Shown: piece by piece, positions 39,657 to 52,387 of the stretch
How positions within the stretch are numbered: the first letter of the stretch is position 1
Layout of the letters: every line of letters starts with the position of its first letter
NCBI RefSeq assembly: GCF_006345805.1
Contig: NC_043005.1
Coordinates: 108,934,001-108,998,000, forward strand
Source of the DNA: Octopus sinensis
Taxonomy: Eukaryota
Reading direction: 5' to 3'
DNA: 64,000 bases
Notes under the pieces: model-generated
The model's input: only the letters and a program-made list of their open reading frames with translations
Database searches by the model: none
Told to the model about the DNA's origin: nothing
Program-made: the position numbers and the translations under genes

Positions 39657-39690
<34 letters not shown>
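39240..39690. repeat. (GATA)n array
   Basis: Direct inspection. Confidence 0.95.
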
Positions 39691-40679
39691 TGCTTTTATT
39701 TAATGCCATGTATCACTACAAAGCTGGAAATGCTGTGCTGTAATGGAAGATGGAGTGGGGACACCAGTATTTCACTGGTGAACATAAGGCCATATGAGCC
39801 ACGTATAAGGGCCCATAATTTAAACAGGAAAAAAAGGGTATTTTTGGAAAATGAAGAAATGATAATTATTATTTTCAAGCTATTGAAGAATGGAATGAAG
39901 GAAGAATAGTGATTGCAAATGATAATGCAGAGGTCTGTGGAAGATGAAGGAGAAGGGTGAAGAAGAAGAGCAAAGGAGAGTAAGGGAATGAGAAGGAAGA
40001 GAAGGAGAAGTTAGACAGGGGTGAGAGAAGGAAAGAGCAATAGGGGAGAGACAGAGAGTGTGTGTATATGTATGAGAGAGAGAGAGAGAGTTGGTTTCAT
40101 TAACTCTCTCCACTTTGATCTCTATGTAGTATCTTCTGTCCCTGCCCCCTTCTCCTCATATCATAATTAACAGAGACCTTCTCATTAATACCTCTGAGGA
40201 TGGGTGGTGGTGGTGGGAGCTGTGCATGTTATGAAGCGGGGGGTGGGCGTTCGCGTGCAGGCCTAGGCAAGAGAGTTATAGAGTAATGACACATCATAAT
40301 TAAACACCCAACCCACTTCTGCGTCACCACTAAACCTCCAGCCTGTCCCACCACCAACAACAACAACAATAGCAACAAGACCACTACCCCTAGCACCACC
40401 CTCACCTTCTACATTCCACTGTTATTGTTTATCTTGAGGTGAGCTCTGAATGAGAAGATGTATGGCCAAAGGCCTTCCCTCTGTGACCATCCTGTCTTAT
40501 TTAAATCAGGCAGTGTTTTCTAAGACTATATCTTTCAATATGTCCTTCTTTTTCTTAAGATGGCTGTAAGTGATATGAGGGAGATATGGCTGCTATTTTT
40601 AAGGGGCTGAACAGCCATGTTTGAGTCTGTCTATTGTCAATGGGAGTGAGGGGGATGCCTTGAAGTTATAGTCTTAGCC

Positions 40680-41235
40680 ATGATGATGATGGTGATGGTG
40701 GTGGTGGTGGTGGTGGTGATGGTGGTGTTGGTCATAGTGTTAGCTGTGGTAGAGATGGTGGCAGTCTTTGAAGGCTTTGTGATGGTTATGGTGATGGTAG
40801 TAGTACTGTTGATTGTGGTGGTGGTGGTGGTGGTAGTGGTGGTAGTGGTGACGGTGGTGGTGGTGGTGGTGGTGGTGGTGGTGGTGGTGGTGACGGTGGT
40901 GGTGGTGGTAGTGGTGGTGGTGGTGGTGGTGGTGGTGGTGGTGGTTGTGGTGGTGGTTGTGGTGGTGGTAGTGGTGGTGGCGGTGACGGTGGTGGTGGTG
41001 GTGGTGGTGGTGGTGGTGGTTGTGGTGGTGGTTGTGGTGGTGGCAATGGTTGTGGTGGTGGTGGTGGTGGTGGTGACGGTAGTGGTGGTGGTGGTAGTGG
41101 TGGTGGTGGTGGTTGTGGTGGTGGTTGTGGTGGTGGCAGTGGTGGTGGTGGTGGTGATGGTAGTGGCAGTGGTATTATAGGGTTTATATATTGGTAGCTA
41201 TAGTATTGTTGATGGTGTGGTGGTGGTGGTGGTGG
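40680..41235. repeat. (GTG)n-rich trinucleotide array
   Basis: Direct inspection; gives the poly-V and poly-P ORFs. Confidence 0.95.
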
Positions 41236-43084
41236 AAGTGTTCCTGATGAGAGTGCAGCCATGGTGATGGTGGTGGTGTCGGGGGGGGGGTTGACTTAGA
41301 AAGGGGGATGGTTCTATTGTCAGAAGATGGATACTGATGGTGGGGTAAGCACAAAGTGGGATTGGTGGATGTGCAATCTCCCTCCTTCTGCTCTGTTGAC
41401 AATTGGGCCTGAAGGGGTGTGGTTAGGGAACTGGTAGGGGTTGCAGGAATCCATGTGGTTTAGGGGCCTGCGGTGGCAGCAGAGATTGTAATTTTCAGAA
41501 CGGGTGGGTAAGTTTGTCAAATCCATGAATCGTGAATGACATGGATGCATACGGACACTGGGGCAGGGTGGCACGAGGGTAGGGGTGGCGGGTGGTGAGG
41601 CGGGGTGGGGTGGAAGGATAGAACAATGAAGGGTAGGGGATGTGGGGTGCGGAGGGTGTTGGGTAGGGGGTTATAACAGAGGTGACAAATACAGGGTGGT
41701 GGGATCTAATGAAGAAGGATAGATTGCTGAATGGGTGGGGGTACTGAATGGGAAGGGTGAGGGTTAAGGGGTAAGAAAAAGCAATTGGTGGGGAGTGACA
41801 GGGTGTGGGGGAGAAGGATGGGTTGGTGAAAGGGTGAGTTTGAGTGAGGGGTGAGAAGTAAGGGGTGAGTTTGGGTGAGAAGGGTTGAGGGGTGACTTTG
41901 AAGGCGGGTGGGGTGAGGAGGGGTGAGGGTGTAACAGGGAGGAGATATAACAGGTAGTGGTGGGGGTGATGGTGTGTCAGGGATAAAGCAGAATGAACTC
42001 AAGAGAGGAAAATGAAGTGTCATGAATGTGTGTGTATGTTATATGCACCTTCGTACTTGTATAAGTGTGCGTTTGTGTGTGTTTGTATGTGTGTATGTGT
42101 GTGAGTATGTGTGCATGTGTGTGTATCACATGATATGTAAATAAGCTGAGTACTAGTAGAGGAATGGGGTGCATGTGTGTGTGTGTGTATGTGTGCGTGT
42201 GTGTGTGTGCTGAGGAAGAGTCACTGCTTAATTAATCTGGGATGCACAATTAAATATGGAAGGAGTGTCGTTTGATACTTGCTTCACCCTCCATCCCCAT
42301 TCCCTCCCACTAGAATCTTAGAATATGTCCACCCAATACATATATACCAATACCAAAACATGCAAGCAACCACTCACACACATACACACACACACACACA
42401 CTCACTCATTCACACACACACTCACGCATACACACATGGACACATACTCTCATTCACACATACACATACACATATGTGCACACTCACATGCACACATGTA
42501 CACATACTCTTATTCACTCATTCACTCACACACACATATGTGCACACTCACATACACTCATGTGCACATACTCTCATGCACTCACATCCACAAACATTTT
42601 ACACATAGCAAGCGTGGCAATGTGGTTAAAATGCTTGTTTCCCAATCATTCCATCTTGTGTTCAATTCCAGAGGATGATAACTCTGACAAGCACCTTCAG
42701 GTTGACCCAAACCTTCTAAGTGATGATGTCTGCTACATTTACCATTCGTGGTCTTTGGTGTCACTGAATTTAGCACAACATCTTAGGCCTTGGACATATT
42801 TAACAAACTCCCAATAGGTTAGTGACTCTCTTAATTTCCCCTTCTTGTTTGATACCATCTTTAGGGCCTTGGGTATTTTAGCAATGACAGCTCTGATGCC
42901 AGTTGCTGTGTTAATCTCCTGCCTAAAGATAATTCTAAATCCTTAAACTCAAGTGTTACAGATTCTCTTTCACTTACCCTCGCTACTCACAAAGAAGAAA
43001 GGCATATTTTTTTCCTTATGTGAATGCATATGAGAGTGCAAACACACGCATGCACGCACACACATATACACATAGACACACACA

Positions 43085-43180
43085 GAGTCCAAGGCTTTAG
43101 TAGAAAGTGCTTGCTCAAGGTGCCACACAATGGGACTGAACCCAGAATCATGTGGCTGGGAAGCAACCATCTTACTAAAA
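43085..43180 (-). mobile_element. SINE family A head, decayed
   Basis: ccaaggtgccacac..tgggactgaacccagaatcatgtgg-like. Confidence 0.7.
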
Positions 43181-43459
43181 AGCAATATGTTTCAGCCCTA
43201 AGGTTGTGGCCATGCTGGGGCACCACCAGTATATATATATATATATATACTTCATAACCAGCTGATCTAGCAAGCGGGGCCTCATATCAGTGAGGGGGGC
43301 TGGTGCGCATTGATGCCGTCAAGAGGTAGGCCCCGAAACGGCACGCATTCTCTCCTGATGACCCCATACACCTGCTGGCTTCCGGTATACGGAGCTTTTG
43401 ACTGGTAGCACTTGCATGTGCAAGTTGTTTGCAAGACATCTATATATATGTATATATAT

Positions 43460-43633
43460 ATATATTATAAATTAGAAAATAAAAACACCTTTTATCAATT
43501 CAATAAGGAAAAATTAACTTATACCATTTAGAAAAATTACATATAGAAATATATTACATTTTGTGAAATTTGATTTAGTATTTCTAAATTGAATTTTTCC
43601 CTGTAAGTTTGGAATAATATTCCCTCAAATTAC

Positions 43634-43640
<7 letters not shown>
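43460..43640. repeat. Dispersed AT-rich repeat, probably a Penelope terminal repeat; related to 37753-37830
   Basis: ttgtgaaatttgattta...aaattgaattttttcc.tgtaagtttgga shared. Confidence 0.6.
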
Positions 43641-43682
<42 letters not shown>

Positions 43683-44202
43683 ATATATAATATATATATA
43701 TTTAATTCAAATTAGCAATCAGTTCAAATAAACGAATGCTGAACTTAACAGAAAACAAGAGAACATACACAAGGAATGTATTTGTTCGATGCTTGGTAAA
43801 AAGAGAGAGTTTGATGCTTCAAGCATAGCTCTTTGTCAGAAAGGAGAAAAGGAAAAGTCCAAAGAAGGAAAAGAAATTACCAACAGCACATGTATAGTTA
43901 CATTGCTGCATGTATGTATACTACATTTGTCACATGCACACATGTATTTAATATTTCTGTTGAATCACCAAAAATGCAATAATTTATAAAACTCTAAAAC
44001 CTATTCCTTAATATATTTTAACTAAGTAGTTCTAAAATGCCAGTGCTATGAGTTACATGTTTCTGCTCTTTCAGCTGTCAATCTAAACCTGTTGCCTCTT
44101 AAATCACTGGATATTTAAATGTATTTTAAAATATTATTTGAATACTATTGAGAAACACTTACCTTGATATTTTTTAAAAAGTCATGCAAGTATTATTCAT
44201 AT

Positions 44203-44259
<57 letters not shown>

Positions 44260-45408
44260 TATATAAAATGCTGTTTTAAGATGTCATCTTCCCTTTTCTA
44301 TCTTTTCTACCTTTTCTACCTTTTCTACCTGGCTCATTTGGGAATGCAAAAATAATCCAAAGGTCATCATGCTTTACATTTATCATTGCGTGCAGAATCC
44401 ATATGTTCTGCGAAGGAGATCATTCTAGAAGCTATTCTCATGAAATTCCATTACTATTTCAACAATTTTTTTTGAAAATATCTACTCCAAGACAAACACT
44501 TTTCTGCTGGACCAGGTTGAAAATCAAGAATGTTGGTGCTTACATGTAATGTGTTTAGCTGCATTAATGCAAGGTGCTAACAATTCCATTCTCTTGTTGA
44601 AACCATTACTGTCTTGAAACAAAATTCTTATTTTTCTTTTATTCAAACACCACACTACAGCTTTGATTTAAAGTTACATTAAAACCATTCAAGAGATCTT
44701 GACTTCATGAGGTCTTCTCTTACCTAAGAACCATATTAATTTCAACAAAGCTCTAGCATATTTCTGCATCATGGCTGACAATATAATACTAACTCTTTTA
44801 AATGTCATTACATAGTTTGGTTCATCATTGTTATTTATTTCTGCTTAAGCATTACATATTTCTGACTTTGACAAACAATTTCCATGAACATACACCATCT
44901 CTTGCCTGATGGTGCTTACTTATTTCATTCATTATGTTATACTACATTATAAACTCTAATATAACATCCCAAATAACTAACCATAACACAGTTCCTATTT
45001 GATAGCTTAAACTTTTTCCTGGATCTGTAGCAGAAGATGCTTACCCAAAGTGTCATGCAGTGGGACTAATCCAAAGCCAAGTGGTTGCATGGCATTCTCT
45101 TCACCACATAACTATGTCTGTGTTTATATGCATGCACGCATGCAAGCATGTATGTATGAATTTATGTATGTATGTATGTATGTATGTACGTATGTATGTA
45201 TGCATGTATGTATGTATGTATATATGTATGTATGAATTATGTATGTATGCATGTATGTATGTATGTATGTATGAATTATGTATGTATGTATGTATGTATA
45301 TATGTATGTATGTATGAATTTATGTATGTATGTATGTATGTATGTATGTATGTATGTATGTATGTATATATATATATATATATACATATATACATATATA
45401 TATATATA

Positions 45409-45610
45409 GTTAATCCAAACATGAAAAGACAAAGAGAAAACACAACAACACGAGGACATGGAACAAGTATAGTGTTATTGGACACTCAGGAAAGGAAAGA
45501 AAGAAGGAGGATTTAATGTTTCGAGTGGAGCTCTTCGTCAGAAATATATAAAATAGGAAAACTCCAAGGAAGGGAAGATGGAGGAAGAAAAATCGCCAAC
45601 GATACACATG
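45409..45610 (-). mobile_element. Short Penelope-type repeat carrying a decayed hammerhead-like motif
   Basis: Reverse complement of 46113-46325. Confidence 0.75.
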
Positions 45611-45765
45611 CAGTTACATATTGAATGACCGGAAGGGACTGGGTGAGGAAAAAGCTCTTTCAAAGACAGGAGAATACAAGAGGAGGTATGTGTGGATATG
45701 TGCATGCACGCAGGTTTGTGTGTGTGTGTGTGTGTGTGTATGTGTGTAATGATAGCATGTGTGTC

Positions 45766-45827
<62 letters not shown>

Positions 45828-45954
45828 GTTGTTTCACATGAAATGTCGCATTTTTAATTACTTGTTATTTCAGTCATTTAAAACTCAATTATGTATACCT
45901 TGCATTTAATTTTGACTCTTTTTCTTTCCCAACGATACACAATTCGTACCCACA

Positions 45955-46339
45955 TAGGAGTGGCTGTGTGGTAAGTAGCTTGTCTACGAACCACATGGTT
46001 CCGGGTTCAGTCCCACTGCATGGCACCTTGGGCAAGTGTCTTCTACTATAGCCTCAGGCCGACCAAAGCCTTGTGAGTGGATTTGGTAGACGGAAACTGA
46101 AAGAAGCCCATCGTTATGTGGTCTTGTGGGTATCGTTGGCGATTTTTTTCCTTCGTCTTCCCTTCCTTGGATCTTTCCTTTTTCTATGTTTCTGACGAAG
46201 AGCTCTGCTCGAAACGTTAAATCTTCCTTCTTTCTTTCCTTTCCTGAGCGTCCAATAACACTATACTTGTTCCACATCCTCACGTTGTTGTGTTTTCTCT
46301 TTGTGTTTTCATATTTGGATTAACTATATATATATATAC

Positions 46340-46381
<42 letters not shown>

Positions 46382-46635
46382 CATACATACATATATATGT
46401 GTGTGCGTGTGTGTGTGTATGTGTGAATATGTTTGTGTGTCTGTGTTTGTCCCCCACAACATCGCTTGACAACCAATGCTGGTGTGTTTACGTCCCCGTA
46501 ACTTAGTGGTTTGGCAAAAGAGACCGATAGAATAAGAACTAGGCTAACAAAGAATAAGTCCTGGGGTTGATTTGCTCGACTAAAGGCGGTGCTTCAGCAT
46601 GGCCACAGTCTAATGACTGAAACAAGTAAAAGAGT
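45955..46635 (+). mobile_element. SINE family A, full length, with a Penelope-type repeat (46113-46325) inserted at its microsatellite
   Basis: Head 45955-46112, insert, TA/TG repeat, tail about 46430-46635. Confidence 0.88.
46186..46223 (+). ncRNA. Putative minimal type I hammerhead ribozyme motif
   Basis: GTTT-CTGACGA-A-GAGC-TCT-GCTC-GAAA-CGTT-AAAT: CUGANGA and GAAA cores, 4-bp stem II, palindromic ACGU stem III; extra A after the core. Confidence 0.55.
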
Positions 46636-47682
46636 AAAAGTGTATATATGTATGTACGTATGTATGTATGTACATATGCATGTATGTATGTAAGTATGCA
46701 TGTATGTATGTATGCATGCATGTATGTATATATGTATGTATGCATGCATGTATGTATATATGTATGTGTGTGTGTGTGTGTGTGTACATTTGTGTGTGTA
46801 ATTTTTCTTCTGTTTTTCTCTTTTCTTTTTTTTTCCTTCTTGCTTCTTATTACTTTTTTTATTTTTACACTTTCCAAACGTAAAATTTTCCAATCTATAT
46901 TTTAGACAACCTTAAGTGAATTTCAGGGCAAACCTAAATTCTGTTAGCTTCAAGGTCTACAGTCAATTAGAAAAGCTAATATTTAATCTAAGTCTCTCAA
47001 AGACTTCTGAAACCTTGCTCATCTTCGCTTGCATATATTAAGGAGATCTTTAAATTCTGCTAATAAGGAAGCTGAGATGAGTTCAAACAAGTGAAAAATA
47101 AATAAAAACAAAATAAAAGCTGGTTGGTGGTGGAAAAGATAACATAAAAATAACCAAAATAAAAAGCAAAAAAAAAAAAATAAAGAAAAGAAATGAATCA
47201 AATAAATTTGCTCCCGGAATATTAAGTCAAATAGACAAAGCGAACGGGGAAGATGACAGAATAATGTAGTACCTGTGTGTGTGTGTGTGTGTGTACAGAT
47301 GTGTGTGTATGTGTCATTGTGTGAGTACAACACATATAAGTACACAGAGACTTTCTTATCTGTGATGCACATGTGGATGTATGTCTGTCTTATTGTCTGT
47401 TTGACTTTCTGTCTGTTTTCTTCCACTGTGTGTGTGTGTGTGTGTGTGTATGAGTAGATACTATGTATATGTACATATAAATATACATACACACATATAT
47501 ATATATACACATGTATGTGTGTGTGTGTGTACACATATATACAGGCAGACATAAATAACCAAACATTTTATGTTCACTATTGTTGTTATTCTTTATTTTG
47601 GGTGTTATTGTTATTATTATTGTTATTACAGTTATTGTTGCTGTTACTATTACTACCATTGCTGCTGCTGCTGCTACTACTA

Positions 47683-47714
<32 letters not shown>

Positions 47715-48169
47715 ACTACTACTACTTTAAGTTTGGCGAGGGTCATTCTGAAATAAATTGAGAAAATAACCAGGAGAGAAAGAAAGTAAAAAGAGGAGAA
47801 AAAGAAATGGAGAAAGTACTAGAGAGTAGGACGAGGCAGAGAGAAAGAGAGAGCAAGAGAAACTAATGAGTGCCTGAGAGGGTCAACAAAGAACTTGATA
47901 TCAAGAAAGTAAAAGAAAGCATGAAAATGTAAGGGGAGATTCAAAGGAGAGACAAGGAAAATAGAGATATATTTCCTTATGTTGTAAAAGACACAGAGAG
48001 AGCTAAGAACTTCATAAACAAGAAAGGGTTTAAAACTCCAATAACTATTTTCATTGCCAAATATGAATTTACAGTTTGTATAATTTTTTTTTAATTTTAA
48101 AATCTGTTCTTGTTAGATTTTAAAATGGTTTAAAGTTTCTCGAACCATTTGAACTGTAAGTTGTAAAAA

Positions 48170-48474
48170 TTAGTGACACGTAAAAAGCACCATCCGATTG
48201 TGGCCATTGCCAGCCTTGCCTGGCCCCCGTGCCAGTGGCATGTAAAAAGCACCATCCGTCCATGGCCGTTTGCCAGCTCTGTCTGGCACCTGTGTGGGTG
48301 GCACGTAAAAAGCACCCACTACACTCACAGAGTGGTTGGCGTTAGGAAGGGCATCCAGCCGTAGAAACACTGCCAGATCAGACTGGGCCTGATGCAGCCT
48401 TCTGGGTTCACAGACCCCAGTTGAACCGTCCAACCCATGCTAGCATGGAAAGCGGACGCTAAACGATGATGATG
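48170..48474 (+). mobile_element. RTE 3'UTR copy with (GAT)n tail
   Basis: Same terminal sequence as the other copies. Confidence 0.85.
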
Positions 48475-49239
48475 AATAGGAAGATAAACTGAATGGAATT
48501 TTAGAAGTTCTATAATAAAATATTTCACTACTATGTAAGTTGTTAGAAGTAACCTAATATTACTTATAACCATTTAACAAGGAATCATAATAAATAGCAA
48601 CAAATCTATTTTTTAAATAAGTGGTAATGAGAGATATTGATATGGATTTTATTTCCACATTTGTAACACAAAATTTAATCCTAAAAATGTGGATTATACT
48701 CGAGGATTTACAGTATCTATATATATATGCATATATATATACATACATACTTACATCCATGTATGTATGTATGTATGTATGTACATATGTATGTATGTAT
48801 GTGTAATTTCTTCAGAGAATTGTTCATTTTGATCTAATTTCTGAAATTCAAGGAATGAACTCATCTCAAATTGTCACTGTCAAAATAAGAATCTGCTAAA
48901 AAATTTTGCCTAGCAGTTAAATAGGTTCTTTTAAAGGTGAAATACCTTTGAAATTCTTGAAAAAATTCTGCAAGTTCCCTGAAAAGTTTTGCTTATTCTT
49001 TCCAAATAACCCTTCTTTATTTGTATTGATCTTGGTATTTTCAAAAATATTTCTCATATATATAAACATAAGGGAATTGCATTCAGAAATGAGAAAAGGA
49101 CTTGAAATTTCTTTCTCTAATAATTTTGCTATTATTATAAAAAAGAACTAGTAGTATAGTGTTATGTATCCTTGACTGTCACATGGAAGAACCATCTTCA
49201 ATTCCATGCAGGTGTGGGGTGAAATATATATATACTTTC

Positions 49240-49470
49240 TAGGTAGTGAGTTGACAAAATCTTTAGCATGCTGGACAAAACATTAAGCAGAATTTTTCCT
49301 GTTTTTTTAATTTTTTTTACATTCTGAGTTCAAATTCTCTCAAAGTCGACATTGCTTTCATTCTTTCAGGATTGATAAATTAAGTACCAGTTGCGTACTG
49401 GGGTCGATCTAATGGAATGGTCCCCTCCCCACCAAAAATTTCGGGCCTTGTGCCTAGAGTAGAAAAGAAT
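49240..49470 (+). mobile_element. SINE family B, decayed
   Basis: attctgagttcaaattc...aattaagtaccagttgcgtactggggtcgatc. Confidence 0.75.
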
Positions 49471-50679
49471 ATTCCTGCACATCTTCATTTTTGCTTTTTC
49501 TTTGTGCTTTTCTTTTCAACACTGTTGTCTGTCTTTCATCGTTTCTTTTTCCCCTTTTGTGATCTATTGTACTTTTGTATAACTCTTCTTGCCCTCTGTA
49601 CTTATACATGTTCACTTTCCATCTCAAATACTCCTTTCTCTCATTTTTTTTCCTTTCTTCTAACTTTCTCCATTTTCCTTTCACTTCTCTTATACTCATT
49701 TCAAGACATTTTATTTACTTTATTTTTATACCAATATATTTTTCTGTATACTTGCAGCCCACTTTACAGAATCTACACACATATAAATAACTTGTAGATA
49801 CATATTTATTGCTTTTGTATTTTGACTGAATAATCATTAGTTTGTCAGAAAAAATACTTTATGGTATTTCTTCTGACCCTTTACATTCCGAGTTCTAATC
49901 CTGCCTAGGTCAGCTTTGTCTTTTAATCTTTCAGGATTGATAGAATAAAGTATCATTCAGGTACTAATGCTAATAGTATCAACTAGCATCGCTAATTTCA
50001 AATTAAAGTAAAAACAATTATACATTTTCTTTTTTTTTCTCTCCCTCCTTTCCTCACGTTTTTTTGCTATATATTTCCATCTTCTTTACTTTTGCTCCCC
50101 ACCATTTTTTTTTTCTTTCTGTCCTGAAAGTAATTTCGCTGCATTTTATCTTGTCATAAGTGCCTTATCAACAAGCAATTTTAGAAATGAAAATATTTTG
50201 GATTTAAAAATGCTTAAGCTTTTAAATGTGAGAATATTAGTATTTTTTATGCCACTTCAACCAAAATTTCATTCTTTACAAATAATCTGCCTATTTTAAA
50301 ATAAATTTTTCTCACGGCAAAAAACAGATACTTAAGTAACAAAGCTGGAAATAAGGGCCTCAAATATATTCTAATGCCTATATGTATGTATTTTTTATAT
50401 GTGTAACAAAGCTTTTATCTTAACAATTTGAGTATAAGATATTTTAAAAAGTAATTCTCTGGAATAGACAATGTTTTTTGTCTATTTTCTTAGAATTCTA
50501 TTAATATCCTTTACATGTAAAATATTTTCTTGCTATTCTGAAAATCTTTTTCTGCATTAATAGATAATATGCATAAGCTAAACTTAAAATATTTGTGACA
50601 GTCAATTTGTGAAATTTAAGTAATCTCTGTAAAGTGTATACAATAGACGTAAAAGAAATATTTCATTTCATTTATTATT

Positions 50680-50781
50680 CAGATTGGAGCCTGGTGCAGC
50701 CATCTGGTTCGCCAGACCTCAGTCAAATTGTCCAACCCATGCTAACATGGAAAGCAGACGTTAAACGATATGATGATGATT
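50680..50781 (+). mobile_element. Short RTE 3' end
   Basis: ccaacccatgctaacatggaaagcagacgttaaacgatatgatgatgat. Confidence 0.75.
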
Positions 50782-50844
50782 CTCTGAAAACTTTGAATAG
50801 TTTTTTAGACTCGCTATGTTTTTGATGATGGTAAATGCATAGTT

Positions 50845-51078
50845 AAGGCAGCGAGCTGGCATAAACGTTAGCACGCTGGGTGAAATGCATAGCTGTATTT
50901 CGTCTGCTGTTACGTTCTGAGTTCAAATTCCACCGAGGTCTTCTTTGCCTTTCATCCTTTCGGGGTTGATTAAATAAGTATCAGTTACGCACTGGGGTCG
51001 ATGTAATTGACTTAATCAGTTTGTCTGTCCTTGTTTGTCCCTTTTGTGTTTAGCCCCTTGTGGGTAGTAAAGAAATAT
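50845..51078 (+). mobile_element. SINE family B, full length, with 14-bp TSD
   Basis: gtaaatgcatagtt at 50831-50844 and 51079-51092. Confidence 0.92.
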
Positions 51079-51161
51079 GTAAATGCATAGTTTTGACTTC
51101 TACTATGACATGTCTATTCAAAACGTGTGTTGGGCCAGATACTTTAATGCCTGTATATATA

Positions 51162-52387
51162 CAAGGTGGATTCAAAAAGAATTTGACCTTTGGGCATGAA
51201 AAATACAATTTTGTACATTTCACAAATTTCATTTAATCACCTTTAAGGTACTCCCCTTGGGAGTTCACACAATTCTCCCAGCAGTTCTGCCACTGCTAGA
51301 AACACCTCTGGGCAGCCTTCTCTGGAATGATATGAATTTTCACCATTACTTTCCTCATAATTTCCTCACATGACTCAAATCGCTTCCCTTTCAGTATGCT
51401 TTTCACTTTGGGAAAAAGCCAGAAATCACATGATGCCAAGTCAGAAGAATAGGGGGCAAGTGGTGTGGTGTTCTTGACCAGGCAAGCTTAGATTATGTTG
51501 GCGGGATGAGCAGATGCATTGTTGTGGAAAAATTGCCAAGTCTTGTACAGCATCATGAAGGTGATGTATAACTTCTGGGTAGTATTCCTTGATTGTTGTG
51601 GCCTTGTGGTGGTACATATTCATGATGCACAATACAGGTCAGCATTACCTTCACATTGTTGTGAATCTGTCGTGGTGCTTTGGGCCTTGGTGTTGACAGA
51701 AGCTTTCTTTGAGAGGACTGGAACCTGGTTTTCTGGTTGTACCCATAAACCCATGCCTCTTCATCAGGGATGATGGTCTTCATGAAGTCTGGGTCGTGGT
51801 TCACACAGTCCAGCATGTCCTTAGCGATTTCCATGTACTGTTGCTTCTGCTACTCCACAGGCCCCTTAGGGATTAATTTTGCCTACACTTACCTCATGTA
51901 CAAATCCTTCATTAAAATGGAATGCACTGATCCGATACTTCCTCCCACTTTGTTAGCAGTTTCCTGGATTGTTAAACAACAGTCTTCCACGACTATTCAG
52001 TAAACCTTCTCAATCAACCTATGGATGGCCTGCCTGAGCATGCCTCACCCTCCACTGAGGTGTGGCCATATAGGATGTGGTTGTGTCACCTGAGTTTTGC
52101 CCATGATGTCATTGTCAAAGGCCTGCTGAATCTTCTGGATGGTTTCAGCCTGAGTATAACCAGGTTTTGGAAAACTTGACACAATATCTCTGCTCAATGC
52201 ATTCGGTCATCTTACATGAAAAGGAAAATCTGACATGCACACACTACACGTCTGTTCTCTAGGAGTAGCAGCCAGCACTTGGTGTAGCCTGTCAATGCAA
52301 AAGCAAAATTTTCATGCAAAGGATTTGCCCATGCCACATTAGTTTTGGGGGGAAAAATGAAGCCAGATACTTTTTAAATGCACCTTG
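51162..52387 (-). mobile_element. Full-length decayed mariner DNA transposon
   Basis: TA|CAAGGTGGATTCAAAAAG left and CTTTTTAAATGCACCTTG|TA right TIRs; about 1.23 kb. Confidence 0.92.
51233..52210 (-). pseudogene. Mariner transposase remnant (frameshifts, deletions)
   Basis: MTECIEQRYCVKF..; II.DEEAWVYGY; VKVML..IVHHEYVP; DLASCDFWLFPKVK..LKG.RF; YLKGD*. Confidence 0.9.

Noticed and set aside
40680-41262. Poly-Val and poly-Pro (extensin/formin-like) ORFs
   Set aside because: A (GTG)n array read on both strands
42700-42960. Possible further RLE C-terminal remnant (FKDLEL...IPKALK) on the minus strand
   Set aside because: Too decayed to support as a feature
44380-45000. Possible very old LINE RT remnant
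   Set aside because: Only a vague resemblance; no intact motif
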